Positions 19,216-28,781 are shown, counted from the stretch's first letter. The stretch: DNA of 30,969 nt from Acidobacteriota bacterium (GCA_965205505.1 CBDBHB010000003.1:1-30969), one strand, 5' to 3'. Notes: generated by a model not told the origin, from the letters alone. Numbers and translations are program-made.

Positions 19216-19659
19216 ATGAACAGGACTAAGTCGTGCACAGCGTTCATGCTGTCGCTCGGGCTTGTCGGCATCGCTTGCCAGGGTCAGTCGGCCCCGCCGG
19301 CCGAGGAAACGCCGATGAACGAGCCCGCCGTCAACACCCCTGCGGAAGCTCAACAGCTCACTGGCGAGGCGCTCGCCAGTGCGCTCCACAACGCCGACGT
19401 CTTCTTGCTCGACGTCCGCGAGCCCGACGAGCTCGAAGAGCTGGGCACGGTGGAGGGCTATACCAACATACCGATCGGTGAACTGGACGGCCGCCTCGAC
19501 GAGCTACCGAGGGATCGTCCGATCCTCACCGCTTGAAACGGCGGTGGTCGAGCCGCGCGTGCCGCGGCTTTGTTGGCAGAGAACGGTTTCGAGGTGTACG
19601 GCTTCTGCGGATTGAGAGACTACGAGGGCGACAAGATCTTTCCTGAGGCGAGTTCCTGA
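19216..19659 (+). CDS. Lipoprotein rhodanese-like selenoprotein, 147 aa, Sec107
   Basis: GGAGG RBS, lipobox VGIAC, LLDVREPDE and NIPIGEL. Readthrough gives PILTA-U-NGGGRAARAAALLAENGF, matching the rhodanese active loop C-x-x-G-x-R. The stop at 19659 lies 6 nt before the next ATG. Confidence 0.88.
19551..19569 (+). promoter_or_regulatory. Candidate SECIS hairpin for the rhodanese UGA
   Basis: agccgcg-cgtgc-cgcggct, a perfect 7-bp stem with its loop 22 nt after the UGA. Confidence 0.7.
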
Positions 19660-19665
19660 CGAGCT

Positions 19666-20355
19666 ATGCCCCGTCTGCTCCTGGCGATTCTCCTGGCTGT
19701 GGTGGCGGCGCCCGCGCCCGGCCAGAGGGTCGTACCCGTTCACGAGGAGCCGCGTCACCATCTTGTCCGCGATGGAGACGACTTCCGCGTTCTCGATATT
19801 CGAGTCGCGTCGGGCGACACGACGCTCTTCCACACGCACGATGCACCGATCGCCTATGTAGCCATCGATGCCTCCGCAGTAAACACACAGCCACTCGACG
19901 GCGAGTGGGGAGATACCGACGCTTCTGCTGACCCTGCCTGGAGGCCGGGACAGGTCACCTGGAACCTGAGCTACGCCACCGAGCCGTTGACTCACCGCGT
20001 CACCACAGTGGGCCCGAGCCTTTTCCGTTTGATGGGAATCATCAACTACGGGCCGGGCGCAGCCGATGGCTCCTTGTCGGCCCCGGCGATGATCGGGAGT
20101 ATCGAAGCAGAGAGCCGCTGGTTCCGCGTTTCTCGATTGACGCTGGAACCCGGTCAACGCGTTCTGTGGGACCGTTCCGCTCGCCCAGTGGTTGCTGTAG
20201 TGGTCACCGAAGGACTCGTGGTGGCGTCGCAGCGCGGCCGTACGGCCGAAGCGGCAGTGCGCGGTGGGTTCTTCGTCCAGGACACAGAAGCGCAATACGA
20301 GCTTCGCAACCCAGGCCCCGCTCCCGTGAGCTTGGCGTTCGTGGAAGTACGGTGA
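19666..20355 (+). CDS. Secreted cupin-like hypothetical protein
   Basis: Signal peptide, then VPVHEEPRHHLV...GDTTLFHTHD and two beta-barrel-like halves ending in LRNPG..PVSLAFVEV. Confidence 0.72.
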   Translation: MPRLLLAILLAVVAAPAPGQRVVPVHEEPRHHLVRDGDDFRVLDIRVASGDTTLFHTHDAPIAYVAIDASAVNTQPLDGEWGDTDASADPAWRPGQVTWNLSYATEPLTHRVTTVGPSLFRLMGIINYGPGAADGSLSAPAMIGSIEAESRWFRVSRLTLEPGQRVLWDRSARPVVAVVVTEGLVVASQRGRTAEAAVRGGFFVQDTEAQYELRNPGPAPVSLAFVEVR

Positions 20356-20377
20356 CCGCGGAGACCAGGAGAGTCCG

Positions 20378-20890
20378 ATGAGTCTCGATCTCGATCAGTT
20401 GCTCAACCGTTACGAAAACGGCCACATCTCGCGCCGTGAACTACTGGGCACGCTCACCGCATTCGTCGGCGCGCCACGCACCGTGCAGGGGCAACCGGAG
20501 ATCGGTGCGGCCAAGCAACTGAACCACGTGACGATCTTCGCTCAGAGCGTCTCCCGGTCCACGGAGTTCTACCAGGATCTGTTCGGCATGCCGGTGCTGA
20601 CCCGTCAGGATCCGGGTATCAACCTCGATACCGAATCGGGCTTTCTCGGCATCTATCCGGCCCCGACAGACTCCGCCGGGTCAATCCACCACTTCTGCCT
20701 CGGCCTGGAGAGCTTCAATGCCGAGGCGGTTCACCAGGCGCTCATCGACCGCGGGGTGGACGCCAACGTCCGCCTTCGAGGTGAAACCAAAGAGCTGTAC
20801 TTCACGGATCCCGACGGCATCCGCGTGGAGCTGCAGGACGTCAGGTACAGGGGCGGCGTTGGGCCGTTGGGTGATCGCGATCCGAATTAG
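20378..20890 (+). CDS. VOC/glyoxalase-family protein with a twin-arginine-like leader
   Basis: ISRRELL, LNHVTI, STEFYQDLFG, IHHFCL and YFTDPDGIRVEL. AGGAG RBS. Confidence 0.88.
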   Translation: MSLDLDQLLNRYENGHISRRELLGTLTAFVGAPRTVQGQPEIGAAKQLNHVTIFAQSVSRSTEFYQDLFGMPVLTRQDPGINLDTESGFLGIYPAPTDSAGSIHHFCLGLESFNAEAVHQALIDRGVDANVRLRGETKELYFTDPDGIRVELQDVRYRGGVGPLGDRDPN

Positions 20891-20908
20891 CCTCCAGGGG
20901 TTCGAACG

Positions 20909-21347
20909 CTCGCGCACGTGTTCGCGTCCTGCGACGCGACGCTGGCCAAGGCGCCGTTCGCCGTCGATCTCGCCTCTGAGTGGGTCAACAGGAAGGACGC
21001 CGCACGTCGCCGTTGCGGTTACTCGTTGCTGTACGAGGCCTCCAAGGATCAAGAGGAAGAGCGCCCCGGACAACGCCTTCTTTCTCGCCCACATCGATGG
21101 CATCCAGGAATCGATCCACGGCGAGGAAAACTGGGTGAAGGACTCCATGCTCGCGGCGCTCATGGGGATCGGCAAGCGCAGCCGCAAACTGAACAAAGCC
21201 GCCATCAAGGCAGTCAAGGCGATCGGTCCGGTGCACGTCGACTCCGGCAATACCAGCTGCGAACCCACCGACGTGCTCAAGCACCTGACGAGCGATTACC
21301 TCAAGAAGCGACTATCGCCCGTCACCGAAGCCTCTGTCGGAAGCTGA
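20909..21347 (+). pseudogene. DNA alkylation repair (AlkD-like HEAT-repeat) protein, 5'-truncated and frameshifted
   Basis: AHVFASCDATLAK...RRRCGYSLLYE (frame of ORF 20918) shifts near 21050 into IHGEENWVKDSMLAALMGIGKR...AIGPV.VD.G.TSC (frame of ORF 20718). There is no room for an N-terminus after the VOC stop. Confidence 0.7.
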
Positions 21348-21416
21348 CACCGATTCCAGCCAGTCGCCTGTGCAGTCGCGCAAGAGACTCGGCCAACGGA
21401 ACGAGGACGACCGAAA

Positions 21417-21490
21417 ATGATCAACGGCGCATACACGATCGTCGCGACGGCGAGATCGGTGTGTGCCATCCACGCCACGCTCGGCCATAG
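21417..21490 (+). pseudogene. Internally deleted VOC-family gene, only the termini left
   Basis: GAGGA RBS and MINGAYTIV abut GEIGVCHPRHARP* in another frame. These resemble the two ends of the MINGAH...IGVYQPRHARP VOC family (from memory). Confidence 0.55.
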
Positions 21491-21493
21491 CCG

Positions 21494-22075
21494 GTGAGCG
21501 ACAAACACCAAACCTCTGGCGCCGGCGACCGGGCTATACCCGACAGCGGCTTTCGCGTTCTGCTGGGCCTATCAGCGGCACTCGTGCTGGTCATGTTGGT
21601 AAGCCGCTGGCTACCTGCCGCAATGCAGCCGACGGCTCGGCTCCACCCCGATGCGATCTCCGTGTTGCAAAGCACCGGCGGTCTCGCCGAGCGGCCGGAG
21701 GCGATCTGGCTCGGCTATGGCATGGGCCTGTTGATACTCGCGTTGATGGCCACGTGCGTGTGGATCGGCCTTCGCAAACAAGACGCTGGCACGCCGCTGA
21801 GCCGTTTGATAATGATCGGCTTCGTCGCATACGCGCTCGTGTTCACGGCTATGACGATCACCTACGCCGCGTATACAAGGAGCCCCTCGGAAGCAGCCTT
21901 CTTCGGCGGATTTCCTCCGCCGACGGCCTGGATGCTCTACGGGATGTGGCACTTCCCGCTCCTCCTCGTCGTCCTCTACATGGTCAGGTTTGACCGCTGG
22001 GTCCTCACCGAGCAAGGCTTGCAGCGGTTCCGGAAGCTTGTCGAAGAGAACCGGCGGCAAGGTGGGACCACCTGA
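21494..22075 (+). CDS. Membrane protein coupled to the symporter
   Basis: About four TM segments and FFGGFPPPTAWMLYG. TGATG overlap with the symporter start. Confidence 0.75.
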   Translation: MSDKHQTSGAGDRAIPDSGFRVLLGLSAALVLVMLVSRWLPAAMQPTARLHPDAISVLQSTGGLAERPEAIWLGYGMGLLILALMATCVWIGLRKQDAGTPLSRLIMIGFVAYALVFTAMTITYAAYTRSPSEAAFFGGFPPPTAWMLYGMWHFPLLLVVLYMVRFDRWVLTEQGLQRFRKLVEENRRQGGTT

Positions 22076-23558
22076 TGGAAGCAGCTCGCGACGCAATCAT
22101 CCTGGTGTCGGTGGGCGGCTACATGTTGATCTGCGTAGCAGTGGGCGTGTGGGCGCTGCGCAGAACTCGTTCCACACACGATTTCTTCATGGCCGGGCGC
22201 GACCTCGGGGTAATGCTGACTGCCTTCGCAGTCTTCTCCAGCACCATGAGCGGCTTCGGGTTCGTCGGCGGGCCGGGGCTCGTCTATCGCATGGGCATGA
22301 GCTCGGTCTGGATGGTCGTGTGCAGCACGGTCGGCTACCTGATCTCCTTTTCGCTGCTCGCCAAGCGCATCCGACTTTTCGCCGAGCTTCGGGGCTGCAT
22401 GTCGCTGCCGGATGTGGTGGCGGCGCGCTACCGGAGCGAATCGGTACGCGCCTGGGTTTCGGTGGCGATCTTGCTGGGAGTGATGGGCTACCTGGCCACA
22501 CAGATGCTGGCGATGGCGTCGTCTTGCAGGACATCCTGCGCGAATCGGCCGCGCTACCGGCCGTCAGCCTGGAGATGTGCGTGCTCATCTCCTGCGCGGT
22601 ACTGGTGTTCTACTCGGTCGCTGGAGGCATCGTCGCCTCGGTCTACACCGACCTGATCCAGGGTGCGGTGATGGTAGTTGCGGCCACGCTCGTATTCCTG
22701 ACGGTTGCCTTCACGTTCGATGGCGGGATCACCGAGATGAACCAGGTCATCCTGGCCGACGATCCCGAAGCCATCAGTCCGTGGGGGACGTTGGGGATGA
22801 TCGGGTGCTTGTCTTGGTTCTTCGTCTTCGGCCTCGGCGGAGCAGGACAACCTCATGTGATCACCAAGATGATGATGAACAAACGCATCCGCGACGCGCG
22901 CTACATCTTGCCGGTGGCGTCGGTGGGGTTCCTGGTTTCGGGATTATTGTGGATCAGCATCGGCCTGGTGATGCGAGCGCTGGTGGTAAGCGGCGCCCAT
23001 CCCGTCCTCGCCACTCCGGACGCCGCCGCACCTCAGTTCCTCCAGCAGTACGCCCATCCCCTGCTCGCCGGGGTGGTCTTCGCCGGACTATTCGCCGCCA
23101 TCATGTCGACCGCCGACGGTTTTCTGAACATCGGCACCGCCGCCGTAGTACACGACCTCCCGAAGGCCCTGAAGGGAGTCGACCTGAAGCACGAGTTGCT
23201 GTGGGCACGCGTGACAACCGTGATGATCGCCCTGGCGGCGGCCGTGTTCGCGCTCTACACCGGAGACCTGGTGGCCCTGCTCGGAGCCTTCGGCTGGGGT
23301 ACTTTCGCCGCCGCGCTGGTTCCGGTGGTGGCGATAGGGCTGAACTGGAAACGTGCCACCCCGCTGGCAGCCAACGTCGCCGTGATCACCAGCCTGGTGA
23401 TCAACTTCGGGGTAAAGGTGGCGGGCATGGCGATGCCGTTCAACATCGACGTCGGGGCTTTCTCGCTGGCGGTCTCGCTGACCCTCTTCCTGGGGATCTC
23501 GAGCCTCAGCAAGCCGCCGCCGCTCGATCCAGACATCGAGGCGGTAATGGACCTGTAG
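22075..23558 (+). CDS. Sodium:solute symporter (PutP/PanF-like), one apparent frameshift
   Basis: DFFMAGR, MSGFGFVGGPG, GG..ASVYTDLIQG, GQPHV and FAAIMSTAD. One missing G near 22516 joins ORFs 22075-22656 and 21990-23558. Confidence 0.9.
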
Positions 23559-23575
23559 CCTTCCTCTCGGCGTTC

Positions 23576-25465
23576 TTATTGCACGTAGCCAAGGGCGCGC
23601 AGCGCCCTGATATCGTCCTCGGGGATCTCCACACCTTCAGCGGCGAAGTCGCTCAGCGCCTCGACCTCGCGGAGATGACCATTCAGAAGTGACGCGAGCC
23701 CATGGTGTATGAGAAGGCTATCCTCAACGACGTTCTCGAGCTCTCTCGGGTCGTTGGCCAGGTCGAAGAGCATCGCGGTATCGTTACGAAGACCGAAAAC
23801 CGCATTCCATTTCTGCGTACGAGCAGACAACAGCCGCTCTCCTCCCAGCCGGTGGAAGATGACCCGCGATGTGGCCTGGTCGCCTTCGAGTAGAAGGTCG
23901 ACTCCACCGACTTCGCCGCGAGGCTCCAACCCGAGCTGGCCCAGGATCGTCGGGACGACGTCAGACAGGATCACCAGACGGCCTGTGTCCACGTAGCTGG
24001 CAACACGCCCTTCCAGGAGCCGTAGGACGAAGGGGATGTGGAGCATTTCGTCGTACAGCGTGGAGTTATGGCCCTGCACGCCATGCTCGAAGAACGCCTC
24101 GCCGTGATCGGCCGTTACGAGAATGATCGAGTTGTCCCATCGCCCTTCCGCCCGCAATGCGTCGAAGACCTCGCCCACCGCATCATCCGCCATCCGCAGG
24201 TTCCCGTCGTAGAGAGCGATCATCTCTCCGACATCGGCAGGATTCAGTGTTTGTCCCGGTCGCGTGTACACCTTACGTATCAGTAGGCCTGGACGCACCG
24301 GACCCATGTAGGCGGGATCGCCAAAAACATCGAACTCGGGACGCGGCTCGTACGGTTCGTGCGGCGGAACATAGTGAAGCAGCATGAAGACCGGTTGCGT
24401 TGGCTCGACCCCGCGCATCACCTCGATGGCCCGTCTCGACAGACGATGGGGATCCCTGCGTTCGGGGTGCCCCCCAAGCCCTTCCCAGGCCCACATCTCG
24501 ACAAACTCGTCGAAGCCCTGGCTAGTATTCCGCGGAATCGAGTTGTTCGGATTGGCTGACAAAGCGATCGTCCGATACCCGTGACCCCCTAAGTACTCAG
24601 CCAAGGTCACGATCCGATCGCTGACGCGATTCCGATCCTCGGGTCGACCCAAGTCCACGAACGGGATTCCGGAGATCAGGTTAGGAATCGAACATGATGT
24701 GTTCGGGCACTCGGAAAACGCATTGCGGAACACCAGCCCTTCAGCCGCGAACCCGTCGATGGTTGGCGTCGTGTCTCGCTCATACCCGTAGATTCCGAGG
24801 TTAGACGCACGAGCGGCGTCCAAGACTACGATGACGACGTTCGGCAGGGCCCCCGCTGACCAGGTGGTGGCTTCCGGATCGGTGCTCGCCTTGGGCCCCC
24901 GCGCCCCCTTCAGCCGCAACTGAGGGCGGCGAAATCTGAGGCTGTGTGACGCATCGTCGAGCACGGCCTCGAGCAAGACAAACTGGTAATCATCTGATCC
25001 CACCCCAAGGTTGAGATCAGCAGTGGTCCAGTTCTCGGTCGGGTCGGCCAGCGCCGCAAGCTCCCTCCGCTGCCCGTGCGCATCAATCAGCGATGCGGTG
25101 AGCGACCCCGCGCCTGACGTCCCTGATCGGTTGAGACGAAAATCGAACCTGAGGTCGGCGTCCCCGGTATACGGATCAACAGGGACGATCAAGCTGCCCG
25201 AGGAAGAGAGTGCGAACACCCGGCCCGCTGCTGTGACTTCGAGCGCCACCCGACCCCGACCATAGCGACCGGGCCGACCGCGCGCGGCCGACCCAGGTGG
25301 AAGAAGGCTTGCGTCCTGAAACCGCCTCCCCAGGTCGATCACCCGCTCGGCCACCTCCCCCCGCGTATCCCGACATCCCGGTGAGACGAGCAGGATCAGA
25401 ACGCCGAGGCACCGGCCGACGATGCCAACACGACATCTGTTTCCCGCCAGTCCTCGGTTCGCCAT
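23576..25465 (-). CDS. Sulfatase-like (alkaline phosphatase superfamily) protein, probable lipoprotein
   Basis: PNVVIVVLDA, TTPTID, HYVPPHEPY, YDGNL, TADHGE, LHIPF, LFDLANDPRE and LRALGY. Probable start ATG 25465 with LLVSPGC. Confidence 0.85.
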   Translation of the reverse strand: MANRGLAGNRCRVGIVGRCLGVLILLVSPGCRDTRGEVAERVIDLGRRFQDASLLPPGSAARGRPGRYGRGRVALEVTAAGRVFALSSSGSLIVPVDPYTGDADLRFDFRLNRSGTSGAGSLTASLIDAHGQRRELAALADPTENWTTADLNLGVGSDDYQFVLLEAVLDDASHSLRFRRPQLRLKGARGPKASTDPEATTWSAGALPNVVIVVLDAARASNLGIYGYERDTTPTIDGFAAEGLVFRNAFSECPNTSCSIPNLISGIPFVDLGRPEDRNRVSDRIVTLAEYLGGHGYRTIALSANPNNSIPRNTSQGFDEFVEMWAWEGLGGHPERRDPHRLSRRAIEVMRGVEPTQPVFMLLHYVPPHEPYEPRPEFDVFGDPAYMGPVRPGLLIRKVYTRPGQTLNPADVGEMIALYDGNLRMADDAVGEVFDALRAEGRWDNSIILVTADHGEAFFEHGVQGHNSTLYDEMLHIPFVLRLLEGRVASYVDTGRLVILSDVVPTILGQLGLEPRGEVGGVDLLLEGDQATSRVIFHRLGGERLLSARTQKWNAVFGLRNDTAMLFDLANDPRELENVVEDSLLIHHGLASLLNGHLREVEALSDFAAEGVEIPEDDIRALRALGYVQ

Positions 25466-25648
25466 GACGCGTCCTTGAAGGCAACAGGAAGCAGAACAGC
25501 TTTCGCTGATATTCTCCGGTTCGCCCAGGCCGGGCACAAGGTTAACGCAACCGTCGCCTTCGCCGATCACCTCTGTAGCCAACCCGATGCTGGGCGATAC
25601 GCCACTGCCACGCTCATTGACCGCCGCAAGGCCCCGACAGGAAACGCG

Positions 25649-25707
25649 GACTTAGTAGTCGTTTGACTAATAGTCGAGTGACTTATATAGTCATTCGACG
25701 AATAGAC
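25649..25707 (+). promoter_or_regulatory. Sigma70 promoter TTGACT-N17-TATAGT overlapped by four GACT..AGTC-type palindromes (probable PadR operator)
   Basis: -35 at 25663-25668 and -10 at 25686-25691. Palindromic units start at 25649, 25665, 25680 and 25697. Confidence 0.75.
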
Positions 25708-25736
25708 GACTTCTACGAATCCCCCGGAGCGCCCTG

Positions 25737-26072
25737 ATGACTGCCACTGCAACCGCCGAGCCCGTCGCGCCCCGTGACTTTCTGATTCTCATGGCACTCG
25801 CCGACGGCCGCAGCCACGGATACGCCATCTTGCAGAGCATCGCCGAGGAGACCGAGGGCGCGGTGCGCATGGATCCGGCCAACCTGTATCGGTCGCTACG
25901 CCGCCTGTCGCGCGACGGGCTGGTCCACGAGCACGATCCGGACGCGCAACGGCGGCGGCACTACGAGCTGACCGATGTGGGGCGCTCGGCGCTCACCGCC
26001 GAGGCAACTCGACTGGAGCGGCTGGTCGATTCGGCGCGCAGCAAGCGCCTACTCCCGGCGCCAAGGCGATAA
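25737..26072 (+). CDS. PadR-family transcriptional regulator
   Basis: ILMALADGRSHGYAI, NLYRSLRRL..DGLV and RRRHYELTDVGR. Confidence 0.93.
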   Translation: MTATATAEPVAPRDFLILMALADGRSHGYAILQSIAEETEGAVRMDPANLYRSLRRLSRDGLVHEHDPDAQRRRHYELTDVGRSALTAEATRLERLVDSARSKRLLPAPRR

Positions 26073-26075
26073 CCG

Positions 26076-28781
26076 ATGAATCGTCCCGCGGTGGCCTACC
26101 GCGTGCTGTTGAGCGCCTACCCGCGATCGTTTCGGCGTCGCTACGGCCATATGGCGATCGCCGACTTCGGCTGCCTGCACCGCGACACGTTGAGGCGAGA
26201 CGGTCGCTGGGCGGCGTTCCTGCTGTGGCTGCGCACTATTCCCGGAGTGCTGCGCGACGGGCTTCGTGAGCGGACTGCCAGGCTCCGCCACGGGCCTCCG
26301 CATCGGGACCTCTTTGGTGGTGGCCCTGCGAATCGCGGTCCGAGCTGGGCCTCGTGGCTGGCCCAGCTGCTGCAGGATGTCCGCTACGGTGCTCGGGGGC
26401 TGTTGCGCGCTCCCGGCTTTACCGCCGTCGCCGTGTTTACCCTGGCTCTCGGCATGGCCGCCAACGCCACGATCTTCGGCATGGTCTACGCGCTGATGTT
26501 CGCCGAGCTGCCGTATGGCAACTACCACCGACTAGCGGTCATCTGGACGACGTATCCCGAGAGCGACAGGGCCTTCAACGCCAGCTCGATCCCCGACTGG
26601 GTCGACTGGCGTGCCCGCAGCGAGACCTTTGAAGACATCGCCTTCCACAACATCTGGGAGGCAAACCTCACCGACGGCGACCAGCCCGTCGGACTGCGCG
26701 GCTACTGGACCACGCCCAATGTGTTCGACGTACTGAAGGTCGAGCCGCTGATGGGGCGCGGCTTCGTCGAGGCGGACGGGGTGCCGGGGGCCGACCTCGT
26801 CGTAGTGCTGAACTGGCGCCTCTGGCAGCGGCTGGGTGGCGCTCCCGAGCTGCTCGGCGACACGCTGATCATCGACGATCTGGAACACACCGTGGTCGGC
26901 ATCATGCCCGAGAGATTCGACTATCCGGTGCTTCAGCTGCGAGGCGATCTCTGGAAGCCAACTCAGCTCACCACCGAGCAGCTGACCGAAGCGCGACGCC
27001 ACCGGCACGTCATCCCGATCGGGCGCCTGGCGGAGGGCGCCACCGCGCAGGATGCAACAACGGAGCTCGTCGCCATCATGGCGCAGCTCGCTGAAGAGCA
27101 CGCCGCGAGTAACGACGGTACCAGCGCTCGCGCCGTGCAGCTGCACGCGCAGATATCCGAGCCGATGCGACCGGCCCTCGCGGTGCTGGTGGTGACGACG
27201 GCGTTCGTGTTGCTGATCTGCTGCGTCAACGTCGCCAACCTGTTGCTCGCAAAGGCTTCGTCTCGACGCGCCGAGATCGCCATCCGCATGTCGCTGGGCG
27301 CCTCTCGAGCACGCCTGGTGAAGCAGCTGTTGACCGAGTCGGTTCTGGTTGCGCTTGCCGGCGGCGCGGTGGGAATCCTCGCGTCCCATATCGCCGGCGC
27401 CCGTCTGATGGCGAGCCTTCCGGCGTTCATGGCGGAGACCCTTCCCAGCGCAATGTCAGCAGGAGGCTTTGATCTGCAGGTTCTGGCGTTCACCTTCGCG
27501 GTAGCGGCGCTGACGAGCCTGGTGTTCGGCCTCGCCCCGGCCCTTCGCGCCTCGCGCCCCGACCTGGAGGGAGCCCTTCGCGCCGGCGCAGGAGCGGCGG
27601 GGGGCGGCGCCCGGCGCAGCCGGCTGCGCAGCTTGCTGGTGGTCGGCGAGGTGGCGTTGTCGGTGGTGCTGGTAGCTGGTGCGGGGCTCATGGTCAAGGG
27701 GTTCGCCGGGCTGCTTCAGACGGATCCAGGCTTTGAGCCCGCCGACGTATTGACGGTGGAGCTATCGCTCAGCGGACCACGCTACGACGACGTGGATGCG
27801 CGGCGAGCTTTCTATGCCGAGGCCGTAGAAGCGATCCGTTCCATTCCGGGCGTGGTGAACGCCGGCGCCAGCTTGATTCTGCCGCTCACATTCAGCAACA
27901 ACCGCACCGCCTTTGTAGCCGATGGAATCCCCGACAGCTACATCACCGCGGGCTATCGTCAGGCCACCCCGGGCTACCTGGAGACGATGCGCGCCGGGCT
28001 CGTCGCCGGGCGGCTGATCGAGGCAACCGACGACGCTTCGGCGCCGCGAGTCATCGTCGTCAACGAGGCCCTGGTGCCGTTTCTCCCGGAGGGCAATCCG
28101 ATCGGTACGCGGATCCACCACGTCGGATCCGAGGAGTGGTTGACGATCGTCGGGGTGGTCAAGTCGTTTCGGCACAGTTCCCTGCTGCAGCCGCCGGAGG
28201 CGTCGTTCTTCGGTCCCTATCAGCAGTCCGAGTCCTGGCGACGCATGTACGTGGCCATCCGCGGCGCTGGGCCGGATCCCGCCACGATGACGTCGAGCGT
28301 TCGGCAAGCGGTGTGGAGCGTCGACCCGACGATCCCGGTTGATGACGTGCGCACGCTCCAGGAGATCGTCGATACGTCGCTGTTCGTGGTGCTCCTTCCG
28401 ACGCGGCTGATGGGAGTATTCGGCGCTGTCGCCTTGCTGCTGTCGGCGGTGGGCCTCTATGGCCTGATGGCCTATCTGGTGGCGCAGCGGTCTCGCGAGG
28501 TCGGGATTCGTGTCGCCCTCGGCGCCCGGCGCAGCGATGTGCTGCGGCTCGTCATGGGCCGCGGGCTGCGGCTGGCGTCGGTCGGCATCGTCGTCGGCGT
28601 CGCCCTGGCATTTCCGATGGGTCGCGTGCTGGCGTCGGTGCTCGAGGGCGTCAACGCCAACGAGCCGCTGATCTACCTTGGCGTCCCGGCCGTGCTGCTC
28701 GTGGTGACGCTGCTTGCCAGCTTCGTGCCTGCTCGCCGCGCCCTGGCCGTCGATCCGGTGGTCAGCCTGCGCTCCGACTAG
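26076..28781 (+). CDS. ADOP-type duplicated MacB/FtsX-like ABC permease
   Basis: N-terminal prefix YP.SFRRRYG, then QDVRYGARGLLRAPGF, LICCVNVANLLLA, EIAIRMSLGA, GLYGLMAY.V.QR.REVGIRVALGA and PARRA..VDPV. Confidence 0.93.
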   Translation: MNRPAVAYRVLLSAYPRSFRRRYGHMAIADFGCLHRDTLRRDGRWAAFLLWLRTIPGVLRDGLRERTARLRHGPPHRDLFGGGPANRGPSWASWLAQLLQDVRYGARGLLRAPGFTAVAVFTLALGMAANATIFGMVYALMFAELPYGNYHRLAVIWTTYPESDRAFNASSIPDWVDWRARSETFEDIAFHNIWEANLTDGDQPVGLRGYWTTPNVFDVLKVEPLMGRGFVEADGVPGADLVVVLNWRLWQRLGGAPELLGDTLIIDDLEHTVVGIMPERFDYPVLQLRGDLWKPTQLTTEQLTEARRHRHVIPIGRLAEGATAQDATTELVAIMAQLAEEHAASNDGTSARAVQLHAQISEPMRPALAVLVVTTAFVLLICCVNVANLLLAKASSRRAEIAIRMSLGASRARLVKQLLTESVLVALAGGAVGILASHIAGARLMASLPAFMAETLPSAMSAGGFDLQVLAFTFAVAALTSLVFGLAPALRASRPDLEGALRAGAGAAGGGARRSRLRSLLVVGEVALSVVLVAGAGLMVKGFAGLLQTDPGFEPADVLTVELSLSGPRYDDVDARRAFYAEAVEAIRSIPGVVNAGASLILPLTFSNNRTAFVADGIPDSYITAGYRQATPGYLETMRAGLVAGRLIEATDDASAPRVIVVNEALVPFLPEGNPIGTRIHHVGSEEWLTIVGVVKSFRHSSLLQPPEASFFGPYQQSESWRRMYVAIRGAGPDPATMTSSVRQAVWSVDPTIPVDDVRTLQEIVDTSLFVVLLPTRLMGVFGAVALLLSAVGLYGLMAYLVAQRSREVGIRVALGARRSDVLRLVMGRGLRLASVGIVVGVALAFPMGRVLASVLEGVNANEPLIYLGVPAVLLVVTLLASFVPARRALAVDPVVSLRSD

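Noticed and set aside
6905-21490. Integron cassette array, suggested by many short co-oriented unrelated genes
   Set aside because: I found no recurring RYYYAAC...GTTRRRY attC structures in the spacers and no integrase.
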